Assembly (NCBI GenBank): GCA_021811085.1
Contig: JAJZPQ010000008.1
Coordinates: 18,498 to 82,497, forward strand
From: Pseudomonadota bacterium
GTDB taxonomy: Bacteria; Pseudomonadota; Gammaproteobacteria; Burkholderiales; SG8-39
DNA: 64,000 bases
Reading direction: 5' to 3'
Shown here: one piece after another, positions 56,213 to 64,000 of the stretch
Layout of the letters: each line of letters opens with the position of its first letter
Position numbering within the stretch: the first letter of the stretch is position 1
Translations under genes and position numbers: made by a program
The notes under the pieces: model-generated
What the model was told of the DNA's origin: nothing
The model's database searches: none
What the model saw: the letters and a program-made list of their open reading frames with translations, nothing else

Positions 56213-56950
56213 ATGACGCCGGCGACCGTCTTCTTCGCGTTGCTGCTCTATGCTGCTGCGCTGCTGGGCGCGGCCGGGCTTGTATGGCGCATCCGGGACT
56301 ATGCCCGGACGCCGGCGCCGCTCAAGATCCCGACCACGCCGGCGCCGACGACTACCGGCGGCGTGGTGCTGCGCATGCTGCGCGAGGTCACGCTGTTCGA
56401 GAGCCTGTTCAGGGCCAATCTTTGGATCTGGCTGTTCGGCTGGATGTTTCATGTGGCGCTTGCGCTGGTGCTGGCGCGCCATCTGCGCTATTTCACCCAG
56501 CCGGTGTGGTTCTGGGTGGAGTGGATCCAGCCCTTCGGAATGTACGGCGGCCTGGCTATGGTGGCCGGGCTCGCCGCGCTGTGGGCGCGCCGCTTTCTGG
56601 TCGAGCGCATCCGTTACATCTCCACCCCCTCGGATCACCTGATGCTGGCGCTGCTCCTGGGCATAGGCATCTCGGGCCTGTCGATGAAATTCCTTGCCCA
56701 CACGGACATCATCGCAGTCAAGGAATTCGCGCTCGGCCTGATTCTGTTCGACTGGCAGCCGCTGCCCGTGCATCCCGGCCTGTTCGTGCACCTGTTCCTG
56801 GTTGCCGTATTGATCGCGATCTTTCCGTATTCGAAGTTGCTGCACGCGCCGGGCGTGTTTTTCAGCCCCGGACGCAACCAGTCCGATAACCCGCGCGAGC
56901 AGCGCCATCTCGCTCCTTGGGCGGCTGCGCTGGATAAGGCAAAGGTCTGA
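56213..56950 (+). CDS. dsrM: DsrM, NarI-like dihaem b membrane subunit
   Basis: 245 aa, multi-TM, with conserved His in TM helices (WMFHVALALVLARHLRYF, HLFLVAVLIAIFPYSKLLH). Confidence 0.9.
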   Translation: MTPATVFFALLLYAAALLGAAGLVWRIRDYARTPAPLKIPTTPAPTTTGGVVLRMLREVTLFESLFRANLWIWLFGWMFHVALALVLARHLRYFTQPVWFWVEWIQPFGMYGGLAMVAGLAALWARRFLVERIRYISTPSDHLMLALLLGIGISGLSMKFLAHTDIIAVKEFALGLILFDWQPLPVHPGLFVHLFLVAVLIAIFPYSKLLHAPGVFFSPGRNQSDNPREQRHLAPWAAALDKAKV

Positions 56951-56951
56951 C

Positions 56952-58442
56952 ATGGCCGCCACCGTTACTGCGCCGCCGCTGAAACCCTATCCCGTCATCC
57001 CTATCCTCGAAGTCGGGGCGATGGGGAAGACCAAGACGTTTCCGGCGAACGCGCCGATGCAGCAGGCGCTCGGCTTTCCCGGTGAGCTGGTCGAAGACTG
57101 GCATGACAAGGCGATCTTCAAGCTGGGTGAGCTGCTGGGAAAATACCGCTCGCTCAAAGTCTATCTGGACGCGTGCGTGCACTGCGGCGCCTGCACCGAC
57201 AAATGCCATTATTTCCTCGGCACGGGCGATCCGAAGAACATGCCGGTGGCGCGCCAGGATCTGCTGCGCAAGGTTTATCGCCGCCATTTCACCTGGTCGG
57301 GGAAATGGTTTCCGAAGCTGGTCGGCGCAGAGGACCTCACCAAGGAGGTGCTCGACGACTGGTATTCCTATTTCAACCAGTGCTCGGAATGCCGTCGTTG
57401 CTCGGTGTTTTGCCCCTACGGCATCGACACGGCCGAAATCACCATGGCGGCGAGAGAGATCATGGACTCGATCGGCCTGGGGGCGAAATATACCAACGAG
57501 ATCATCGGCAAGGTGCACAAGGTCGGCAACAATCTCGGGCTTCCCGGCCCGGCGCTCGCCGACACGCTGTCCAGCATCGAGGAAGATCTCAAGGAAGAAA
57601 CGGGGCTGGACATACGCCTTCCGGTCGACGAGAAAGGCGCCGAGGTGCTGCTGGTGACGCCGTCGGCCGATTTTTTCGCCGAGCCGCACGTCTACAGCCT
57701 CATGGGCTACGCCAAGGTGTTCCACGCGGCCGGCATTTCCTGGACGCTCTCAACCCATGCCTCGGAGGCGGGCAACTTCGGCCTGTTCATCGGAAATTAC
57801 GGCCAGATGCAGAAGATCGCGACGCGCGTGCGCGAAGGCATCCTGGATCTGGGCGCAAAACGGCTGGTGGTGGGCGAGTGCGGCCACGCTTGGCGCGTAG
57901 CCTACAACTTCTGGAACACGCTGATCGGCCCGTTCGATTTTCTCGACCCGAATTATCCGGTGCCGCAGCACATCTGCGAGCTGACCTACGACCTGATCCA
58001 GCGCGGCGCGATCAGCTTCGACAAGAGCGCGAACGACCGCTACGTGGTCACGTTCCACGATTCCTGCAACGTCGCGCGCGCCTCGCGCATGGGCGGCATG
58101 CCGGGCGGCCAGTTCGAAATCCCGCGCGCCATCGTGCGCGCCGTCGCCAACAAGTTCGTCGAGATGAACCCGGAGACCATACGCGAAAAGACGTTCTGCT
58201 GCGGCGGCGGCGGCGGCCTGCTCACCGACGACCTGCTCGACCTGCGCGTGAAGGGAGCACTGCCGCGCATGGAGGCGTTGCAGGCAGTGGTCGAGTCCGA
58301 CGGCGTGAACTTCATGGCGACCATCTGCGCCATCTGCAAGGCGCAGTTCAGCAAGGTGTTGCCGTACTACAAATTCAATATGAGCATGGTGGGCGGTGTG
58401 CACCAGCTGGTGGGCAACGCGATCCGGCTCGGGCCCAAGTAA
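56952..58442 (+). CDS. dsrK: DsrK, HdrD-like CCG-domain iron-sulfur protein
   Basis: 496 aa with FeS motifs CVHCGACTDKC and CSECRRCSVFCP, and CCG motifs (TFCCGGGGG). It starts 1 nt after the dsrM stop. Confidence 0.9.
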   Translation: MAATVTAPPLKPYPVIPILEVGAMGKTKTFPANAPMQQALGFPGELVEDWHDKAIFKLGELLGKYRSLKVYLDACVHCGACTDKCHYFLGTGDPKNMPVARQDLLRKVYRRHFTWSGKWFPKLVGAEDLTKEVLDDWYSYFNQCSECRRCSVFCPYGIDTAEITMAAREIMDSIGLGAKYTNEIIGKVHKVGNNLGLPGPALADTLSSIEEDLKEETGLDIRLPVDEKGAEVLLVTPSADFFAEPHVYSLMGYAKVFHAAGISWTLSTHASEAGNFGLFIGNYGQMQKIATRVREGILDLGAKRLVVGECGHAWRVAYNFWNTLIGPFDFLDPNYPVPQHICELTYDLIQRGAISFDKSANDRYVVTFHDSCNVARASRMGGMPGGQFEIPRAIVRAVANKFVEMNPETIREKTFCCGGGGGLLTDDLLDLRVKGALPRMEALQAVVESDGVNFMATICAICKAQFSKVLPYYKFNMSMVGGVHQLVGNAIRLGPK

Positions 58443-58467
58443 TAAAGCACTTTTGAGGAGACCAAAC

Positions 58468-60411
58468 GTGTCGACCGCAACTGAGCAGTCCAGCAGCAAA
58501 CAGACCTTCCGCCGCTATCTCGAAGGCAATGAAACGTGGAAGCGCTGGCAGGACAAGATCTTCGAGGGCGACCATTCCTACAAATGCCCGACCTACATTC
58601 AGGCGGTGCCGCCCTGCCAGGGCAGCTGCCCCTCGGGCGAGGACATCCGCAGCTGGCTCAACATCGTGCGCGGCATCGAGAAGCCGCCTGCGGGCGTCCC
58701 GTGGCAGGAATACGCGTTCCGCCGGCTCACCGAGGCGAACCCGTTTCCGGCGGTAATGGGCCGGGTGTGCCCGGCGCCGTGCCAGTCCGGATGCAACCGC
58801 AACCAGGTCGAGGATTTCGTCGGCATCAACTCGGTCGAGCACTTCATCGGCGACTGGGCGCTTGCGCAAGGCCTGAAGTTCCCCCGGCCGGAGCACGAGA
58901 CGGGCAAGAAGGTGGCGATCATCGGCGGCGGCCCGGCTGGACTGGCCTGCGCCTACCAGCTGCGGCGCAAGGGCCACGCTTGCACCATCTTCGACTCGAA
59001 CAAGCACCTTGGCGGCATGATGCGCTACGGCATTCCCGGTTATCGCACGCCGCGCGACGTGCTCGACGGCGAGATCAAGCGCATCGTCGACATGGGCGTG
59101 GAAGTGCGCCTCAACACCCAGGTCGGCAAGGATGTGAGCCTGGATGAGCTGCGGCGCGACTTCGACGCCGTTTTCGTCGGCCTCGGCGCACAGTCGGGCA
59201 GCCCGCTGCCCATACCCGGCGGCGAGGCGCCGAACTGCATCGACGGCATCACGTTCCTGCGCGCCTTCAATGACGGCCGGCTCAAGCATGTAGGCCGGAG
59301 GGTCGTGGTGGTGGGCGGGGGCGACACCGCCATGGACGTCGCCGCGGTGGCGCGCCGGCTCGGCCATATCACACGCGGTCGCGAGGAGTCGGCGCCGAAG
59401 GACCCTGTCCTCGGCCAGATGGAACAGGATGTGGCCACTGCCGCGCAGCAGGAAGGTGCCGACGTACTCATCGCCTACCGCAGGACCGTCGCGGAAATGC
59501 CGGCGACCAAACACGAAGTCGAAGCCGTCACGCGTGAAGGCGTGCGCATCATGACCTGCGTCGCCCCGGTCGCGGCGGTGCTCGGCGCGGACGGACGCGC
59601 GGTCGCGCTGCGGGTGATCAAGGTCGACTGGGTGAACAAGAAAATGGTGCCGCAAGCCGGCTCCGAATTCGACATCCCCTGCGACGTGATCGTCTCCGCC
59701 CTCGGCCAGACGGTGGACTTCACCGGCCTGGAGGAATTCAAGAACGAGCGCGGGCTGGTCAGCGCGGACAAGAACTACCAGGTTGCGGCTAAGCCCGGCG
59801 TGTTCACCGGCGGCGACATCGTGCGCCCGCATCTGTTGACCACTGCGATCGGCCACGCCTGGATCGCCGCGGAAGGCATCGACCGCCATCTCATGGGCGA
59901 GCCGCTGGAAAAGCGGCCGAAGATCGATGTGCACTACTTCGACCTCGAGCGCAAGATGATTGAAAAAGGCCTCAAGATCGAGGAGGCACATGAACCGCTG
60001 CGGGGCACCTATGCTTCGGACGTCGCGGTGCACAACTACGACAACCGTTCCGACAGGTACGTGATTACGCACGAGGAGCTGTTCCTCGGCCACTTTCCGC
60101 ACACGCCGCGCAACGAGCGCCAAATCGTCCATCTGGACGCAGAGAGCGCGGTAGGCAACTTCGAGGAGCGCATCGTGGCGCTGACCGAGGCGCAGGCGCA
60201 GGCAGAGGCTGCGCGCTGCATGAGCTGCGGCCAGTGCTTCGAGTGCGACAACTGCATCGTCTATTGCCCGCAGGTGGCGGTGAAGAAGGTGCCCAAGGCG
60301 CAGGCAACCATGGGGCGCTACGTCTACACCGACTACGATCGCTGCATCGGTTGCCATATATGCATGGATGTTTGCCCGACCGGGTACATCAAGATGGGGC
60401 TGGAGATGTAG
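58468..60411 (+). CDS. dsrL: DsrL copy 1 (GltD-like NAD(P)H:acceptor oxidoreductase with C-terminal ferredoxin domain)
   Basis: In-frame GTG 58468 after GAGGAG within ORF 58396-60411; 647 aa. N-terminal Cys clusters (CQGSCPSGEDIR, VCPAPCQSGCN), FAD motif IIGGGPAGLACAYQL, a second Rossmann VVVGGGDTAMDVA followed by IAYRRT, and a C-terminal CMSCGQCFECDNCIVYCP...CIGCHICMDVCP. Confidence 0.9.
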   Translation: MSTATEQSSSKQTFRRYLEGNETWKRWQDKIFEGDHSYKCPTYIQAVPPCQGSCPSGEDIRSWLNIVRGIEKPPAGVPWQEYAFRRLTEANPFPAVMGRVCPAPCQSGCNRNQVEDFVGINSVEHFIGDWALAQGLKFPRPEHETGKKVAIIGGGPAGLACAYQLRRKGHACTIFDSNKHLGGMMRYGIPGYRTPRDVLDGEIKRIVDMGVEVRLNTQVGKDVSLDELRRDFDAVFVGLGAQSGSPLPIPGGEAPNCIDGITFLRAFNDGRLKHVGRRVVVVGGGDTAMDVAAVARRLGHITRGREESAPKDPVLGQMEQDVATAAQQEGADVLIAYRRTVAEMPATKHEVEAVTREGVRIMTCVAPVAAVLGADGRAVALRVIKVDWVNKKMVPQAGSEFDIPCDVIVSALGQTVDFTGLEEFKNERGLVSADKNYQVAAKPGVFTGGDIVRPHLLTTAIGHAWIAAEGIDRHLMGEPLEKRPKIDVHYFDLERKMIEKGLKIEEAHEPLRGTYASDVAVHNYDNRSDRYVITHEELFLGHFPHTPRNERQIVHLDAESAVGNFEERIVALTEAQAQAEAARCMSCGQCFECDNCIVYCPQVAVKKVPKAQATMGRYVYTDYDRCIGCHICMDVCPTGYIKMGLEM

Positions 60412-60486
60412 ATGTCGCAGCGCACGCATCAGCCGGCAAACGAACCGGCGTAATTCCAAATAACACAACACAGAGGAGCAGCAACA

Positions 60487-62445
60487 GTGCCGAGCACCAC
60501 CGAACAAGGCAGCGCCAAAATCACTTTTCGCCGTTTCAAGGACGGCGACGGGAAATGGAAGCGCTGGCAGGAGCAGATTTTCGATGCGGACCATTCGCAC
60601 AAGTGCCCGACCTATATACAAGCCACGCCCCCCTGCCAGGGCAGTTGCCCTTCGGGCGAGGACATCCGCGGCTATCTGAACATCGTACGCGGCGTGGAAA
60701 AGCCCCCCGCGGGTCAAACGTGGCAGGAGTATGCGTTTCACCGCCTCGCCGGCGCGAATCCGTTCCCGTCGGTGATGGGGCGCGTGTGCCCGGCTCCGTG
60801 CGAATCCGGATGCAACCGCAACGAGGTCGAGGATTTCGTCGGTATCAACTCGGTGGAGCACTTCCTCGGCGACAATGCGATCGCCAAGAATTTCAGCTAC
60901 GAGAAACCGACGCGGACTACCGGCAAGACCGTGGCAGTGATTGGCGGCGGACCAGCAGGCCTGTCTTGCGCCTACCAGCTCGCGCGCAAAGGCCACGAGG
61001 TCACCGTTTTTGATGAACATCCGGAGCTCGGCGGGATGATGCGCTACGGCATTCCGGGTTTCCGCACGCCGCGCAAGATCCTCGACGCCGAAATCCAGCG
61101 CATTCTCGACCTCGGCGTGCAGACGCGCCTGAAATGCCGCGTCGGCGTCGATATCACGATGGAGCAGATTCGCGCCGAGTACGACGCGGTGTTCCTCGGC
61201 TTGGGTGCGCAGTCGGGGCGGCCGCTTCCCTGCCCGGGCAACGAGGCACCGAACATCGTGACCGCCACCGCGTTTCTGCAGGCGTTCAACGACGGCCGCA
61301 TGCGTCACGTAGGCAAGCGCGTCGTCGTGGTCGGCGGCGGCGACACCTCGATTGACGTCGTCACGGTCGCACGGCGCCTGGGTCACATTGTGCATGCCCA
61401 CGATGCGGACCAGCCCGAGCGCGCGATCGCCAGCTATAGCGCACACGATGTCGCCGAAGTCTCTGCCAGGCAGGGCGCGGAGGTGGTGCTCACCTCGGTG
61501 TTTGCGGTCGACGGGATGCAGGCGAACAAGCACGAGGTCGAGCAGGCCACTGCCGAAGGCATCACCATCCGCGGCAGTCTGGTCCCGGTCGCGGTGGTGT
61601 GCGGCGCCGACGGCCGTGCCACCGCGCTGCGCGTGGCTAAGTGCGAAGCGAAATTTGTCGGCGGCAGGCTCGAAGTCAAGCCCATTGCCGGCACCGAAGA
61701 AGAGATACCGGGCGACCTGTTCGTCTCCGCCATCGGCCAGGCGGTGGATTTCACCGGCCTGGAAGAGTTTAACAACGGCAAGGGCGCAGTCACCGCGGAC
61801 AAGAACTACCAGGTGGCGGGCATGCCCGGCATCTTCGTCGGCGGCGATATCGTGCGGCCGAATCTGTTGACCACCGCGATCGGCCACGGCTCGATTGCGG
61901 CAGACGGCATAGACCGGTTCCTGCGCAACGAGGCGATGGAAAAGCGCCCCAGGATCGACGTGCATCATTTCGACCTGGTGCGCAAGATGGTCGAGAAGGG
62001 GCTGAAGGCGGTCGAGCAGAAACTGGAACCGCTGCGCGGCACCTGCAACTCCGACGCCGCCGTGCACAACTACGACAACCGTTCCGACCGGCATGTGATT
62101 CCGCACGAGGAGCTGTTCCTCGGCCACTTTCCCAGCGTGGAGCGCAATAAACGCAACACGATCACGCTGACCAAGGAGACCGCTCTAGGGAATTTCGACG
62201 AGCGCATCGTCGCACTCGCCGAAGCAAAGGCGCAGGCCGAGGCCAAGCGCTGCATGAGCTGCGGGCAGTGCTTCGAGTGCGACAACTGCGTGGTGTATTG
62301 CCCGCAGATTGCGGTGAAGAAGGTGCCCAAAGCACAGGCGACCATGGGGCGCTACGTGTATACCGACTACGACCGCTGTGTCGGCTGCCATATATGCGCC
62401 GACGTGTGTCCGACCGGTTACATCAAGATGGGGCTGGGTGAGTAG
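60487..62445 (+). CDS. dsrL: DsrL copy 2 (diverged tandem paralog)
   Basis: 652 aa with a GTG start after GAGGAG. It has the same domain order as copy 1. The position equivalent to YRR reads SVF (LTSVFAV). The last ~190 nt are highly similar to copy 1 at the DNA level. Confidence 0.9.
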   Translation: MPSTTEQGSAKITFRRFKDGDGKWKRWQEQIFDADHSHKCPTYIQATPPCQGSCPSGEDIRGYLNIVRGVEKPPAGQTWQEYAFHRLAGANPFPSVMGRVCPAPCESGCNRNEVEDFVGINSVEHFLGDNAIAKNFSYEKPTRTTGKTVAVIGGGPAGLSCAYQLARKGHEVTVFDEHPELGGMMRYGIPGFRTPRKILDAEIQRILDLGVQTRLKCRVGVDITMEQIRAEYDAVFLGLGAQSGRPLPCPGNEAPNIVTATAFLQAFNDGRMRHVGKRVVVVGGGDTSIDVVTVARRLGHIVHAHDADQPERAIASYSAHDVAEVSARQGAEVVLTSVFAVDGMQANKHEVEQATAEGITIRGSLVPVAVVCGADGRATALRVAKCEAKFVGGRLEVKPIAGTEEEIPGDLFVSAIGQAVDFTGLEEFNNGKGAVTADKNYQVAGMPGIFVGGDIVRPNLLTTAIGHGSIAADGIDRFLRNEAMEKRPRIDVHHFDLVRKMVEKGLKAVEQKLEPLRGTCNSDAAVHNYDNRSDRHVIPHEELFLGHFPSVERNKRNTITLTKETALGNFDERIVALAEAKAQAEAKRCMSCGQCFECDNCVVYCPQIAVKKVPKAQATMGRYVYTDYDRCVGCHICADVCPTGYIKMGLGE

Positions 62446-62461
62446 AAACTGGGAGTGACAA

Positions 62462-62860
62462 GTGAAGCATAACGGGATTGGAGCATCGGCCGGCCGTATC
62501 GCGCGCGCGATCTGTCTGCTCGCGCTGCTGCTGCCCGTTCTCGCGTTCGCCTCCGACCGCGTGCCCAAGCCGGTCATCGACATTGCCAGGCCGGGCAAGT
62601 GCGTGGAGGACACGGCGACCATGCGGCGGGAGCACCCGGACATGCTCAAGCATCAGCGCGATCTGACGATGCACGAAGGCATACGCACGCAGAAGCATAG
62701 CCTGAAAGAGTGCATTAGCTGCCACGCGAGTACGAAGACCGGCAGCGTGCTCGGCAACAACGGCTTCTGCCAGAGCTGCCATGAGTACGCGAGCGTCAAG
62801 ATCGACTGCTTCAACTGCCATGCCTCCAAACCGAAGCGCATCGCGGGAGCAACGCCATGA
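62462..62860 (+). CDS. dsrJ: DsrJ, periplasmic trihaem cytochrome c
   Basis: 132 aa with a GTG start after GGGAG, a signal anchor, and three CxxCH motifs (CISCH, CQSCH, CFNCH). Confidence 0.9.
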   Translation: MKHNGIGASAGRIARAICLLALLLPVLAFASDRVPKPVIDIARPGKCVEDTATMRREHPDMLKHQRDLTMHEGIRTQKHSLKECISCHASTKTGSVLGNNGFCQSCHEYASVKIDCFNCHASKPKRIAGATP

Positions 62861-63603
62861 GCGCAGACACGAACGAGGTCCTGAGCCGGCGCGGATTTCT
62901 CGCCATTTCCGCAGCCACCCTGGGCGGAGTAATGCTTGCGCCCGGGGTCCGGCTGATCGAAATCGCCGCTGCGCGCGCGCCCGAGCAGCCGGTGTCCAGG
63001 AAAGTTCGCTGGGGCCTGTTGATCGACACCAACAAATGCGCGCCGGGCTGCGACGACTGCGTCAAAGCCTGCGCCACCGAGAACGGACTCAAGAATACCG
63101 GGCATCCGCGCACCGACGCGCAGTGGATACGCAAAGTCGAACTGAAGGATATGCGCACCGGCCGCACCAATTCGGTGCCGGTGATGTGCCAGCATTGCGA
63201 AGAGCCGCCCTGCGTCGACGTCTGCCCCACCGGCGCTTCGTTCAAGCGCGCCGACGGCATCGTGCTGGTCGACCGGCATATCTGCATCGGCTGCCGCTAT
63301 TGCATGATGGCCTGCCCCTACAAGGCGCGTTCGATCGTGTTTCAGAGCATTAGCGACCAGAATCCCGACGTGCCCCGCGGCAACGGCTGCGCCGAGGGCT
63401 GCACGCTGTGCGTGCACCGCGTAGATCGCGACCAGCAGCCAGCCTGCGTCGAGGCCTGCACCAAGGCCGGACACAATGCGATGATCTTCGGCGATCTGAA
63501 CGATCCGCATAGCGAGATCGCGCAGCGCGTCGCCAAATACGCCAGCACGCAGATCCGGGCCGATCTCCAGCTCAATCCCGGCGTGCGCTATCAGGGACTG
63601 TGA
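62857..63603 (+). CDS. dsrO: DsrO, periplasmic Tat-exported 4-cluster ferredoxin
   Basis: 248 aa. ATG overlaps the dsrJ stop (ATGA). Twin-arginine motif SRRGFLAISAA; FeS motifs CQHCEEPPCVDVCP, CIGCRYCMMACP and CTLCVHR...CVEAC. Confidence 0.9.
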   Translation: MSADTNEVLSRRGFLAISAATLGGVMLAPGVRLIEIAAARAPEQPVSRKVRWGLLIDTNKCAPGCDDCVKACATENGLKNTGHPRTDAQWIRKVELKDMRTGRTNSVPVMCQHCEEPPCVDVCPTGASFKRADGIVLVDRHICIGCRYCMMACPYKARSIVFQSISDQNPDVPRGNGCAEGCTLCVHRVDRDQQPACVEACTKAGHNAMIFGDLNDPHSEIAQRVAKYASTQIRADLQLNPGVRYQGL

Positions 63604-63604
63604 C

Positions 63605-64000
63605 ATGGCCGATTCCTTAATCTATCGCGAATTGGGCGGGCCCAGCCGCCGCTTCTGGAGCCTGCTCGCGCTGCTCGCCGTTCCGCTCGCGCTGGGTGCG
63701 GTGGCCTACTTCTACATGGAGCACTACGGCCATATCGTGACCGGCATGGACAACCAGATCGTCTGGGGCATGCCGCATGTGTTCGCAGTCTTTCTCGTCG
63801 TCGCCGCCACCGGCGCGCTCAATATCGCCATGGCGGCTTCGGTGTTCGGCAAGCCGGTATATAGGCCGGTGGCGCCGCTCTCGGCGCTGGTCTCGCTGGC
63901 GCTGCTGGTCGGCGGCCTCGCGCTGCTGATGCTCGATCTGGGCCGTTCCGACCGCATGATCGTGGCGATAACGCAATTGAATCCAGCGTCGCTGTTCGCC
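63605..64000 (+). CDS. dsrP: DsrP, NrfD-type integral membrane subunit (5' part; truncated by window end)
   Basis: ATG 63605, 1 nt after the dsrO stop. MADSLIYRELGGPSRRFWSLLALLAVPLALGAVAYFYMEHYGHIVTGMDNQIVWGMPHVFAVFLVV... is hydrophobic and NrfD-like. The reading frame is open to the edge of the window. Confidence 0.85.
   Translation, partial: MADSLIYRELGGPSRRFWSLLALLAVPLALGAVAYFYMEHYGHIVTGMDNQIVWGMPHVFAVFLVVAATGALNIAMAASVFGKPVYRPVAPLSALVSLALLVGGLALLMLDLGRSDRMIVAITQLNPASLFA

Noticed and set aside
58375-62127. A 1250-aa minus-strand ORF opposite both dsrL copies.
   Set aside because: It is an antisense shadow. Its internal similarity merely mirrors the dsrL duplication.

Overview
This is a GC-rich bacterial chromosomal segment. 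Its right three quarters form a dense dissimilatory sulfur-oxidation supercluster. The gene content (oxidative-type dsrAB with dsrEFH, sat-aprBA, soeABC, qmoAB) points to a chemolithotrophic sulfur-oxidizing proteobacterium, probably a Thiobacillus/Sulfuritalea-like betaproteobacterium; this rests on gene content and GC bias only. Gene order, left to right: (1) a partial MacB-type ABC efflux system (1-2609, minus strand) and an MdtABC-OMF RND efflux operon (2933-12192); (2) moaC, a BepA-like M48/TPR protease and a ChrB-like protein; (3) sat-aprB-aprA ending in a clean intrinsic terminator, then a YkgJ-like / CbbQ-NorQ AAA+ / CbbO-NorD VWA module; (4) thrH, a Pat-like acyl-CoA synthetase/GNAT protein and slyX; (5) a CysB-only DsrC paralog divergent from a LysR regulator, then DUF2889-cupin-YhhN; (6) qmoA-qmoB-hdrC-hdrB (no qmoC) and two small unknown ORFs; (7) soeABC, tusA, a dsrE3-like gene, a second tusA-like gene, an SQR-like flavoprotein and a DUF1641 protein; (8) a ferredoxin-reductase operon with three unknown proteins; (9) a seven-gene minus-strand cluster (72-aa ORF, Cas6/Cmx6-like protein, tandem-TusA protein, Cys-less DsrC/TusE-like protein, unknown, TauD-like dioxygenase, CMD-Rieske fusion); (10) divergent from that cluster, dsrABEFHCMK-dsrL-dsrL-dsrJOP, with dsrP cut by the window end. 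I recognised no rRNA, tRNA, CRISPR array, transposase, integrase or prophage genes. Most worth a second look: the orphan Cas6-like gene and its sulfur-carrier/dioxygenase neighbours next to dsrA; a hairpin element (AGCATGAGGGG...CCCCTC) present three times, always sense-oriented in intercistronic gaps in front of small sulfur-carrier genes; the MoxR/VWA/YkgJ module after aprBA; the tandem, diverged dsrL copies; and the paired BIME-like hairpins upstream of qmoA. Many very long ORFs in the six-frame track are antisense or out-of-frame shadows of real genes caused by GC bias, and I rejected them. All family assignments come from reading motifs by eye; no database search was possible.
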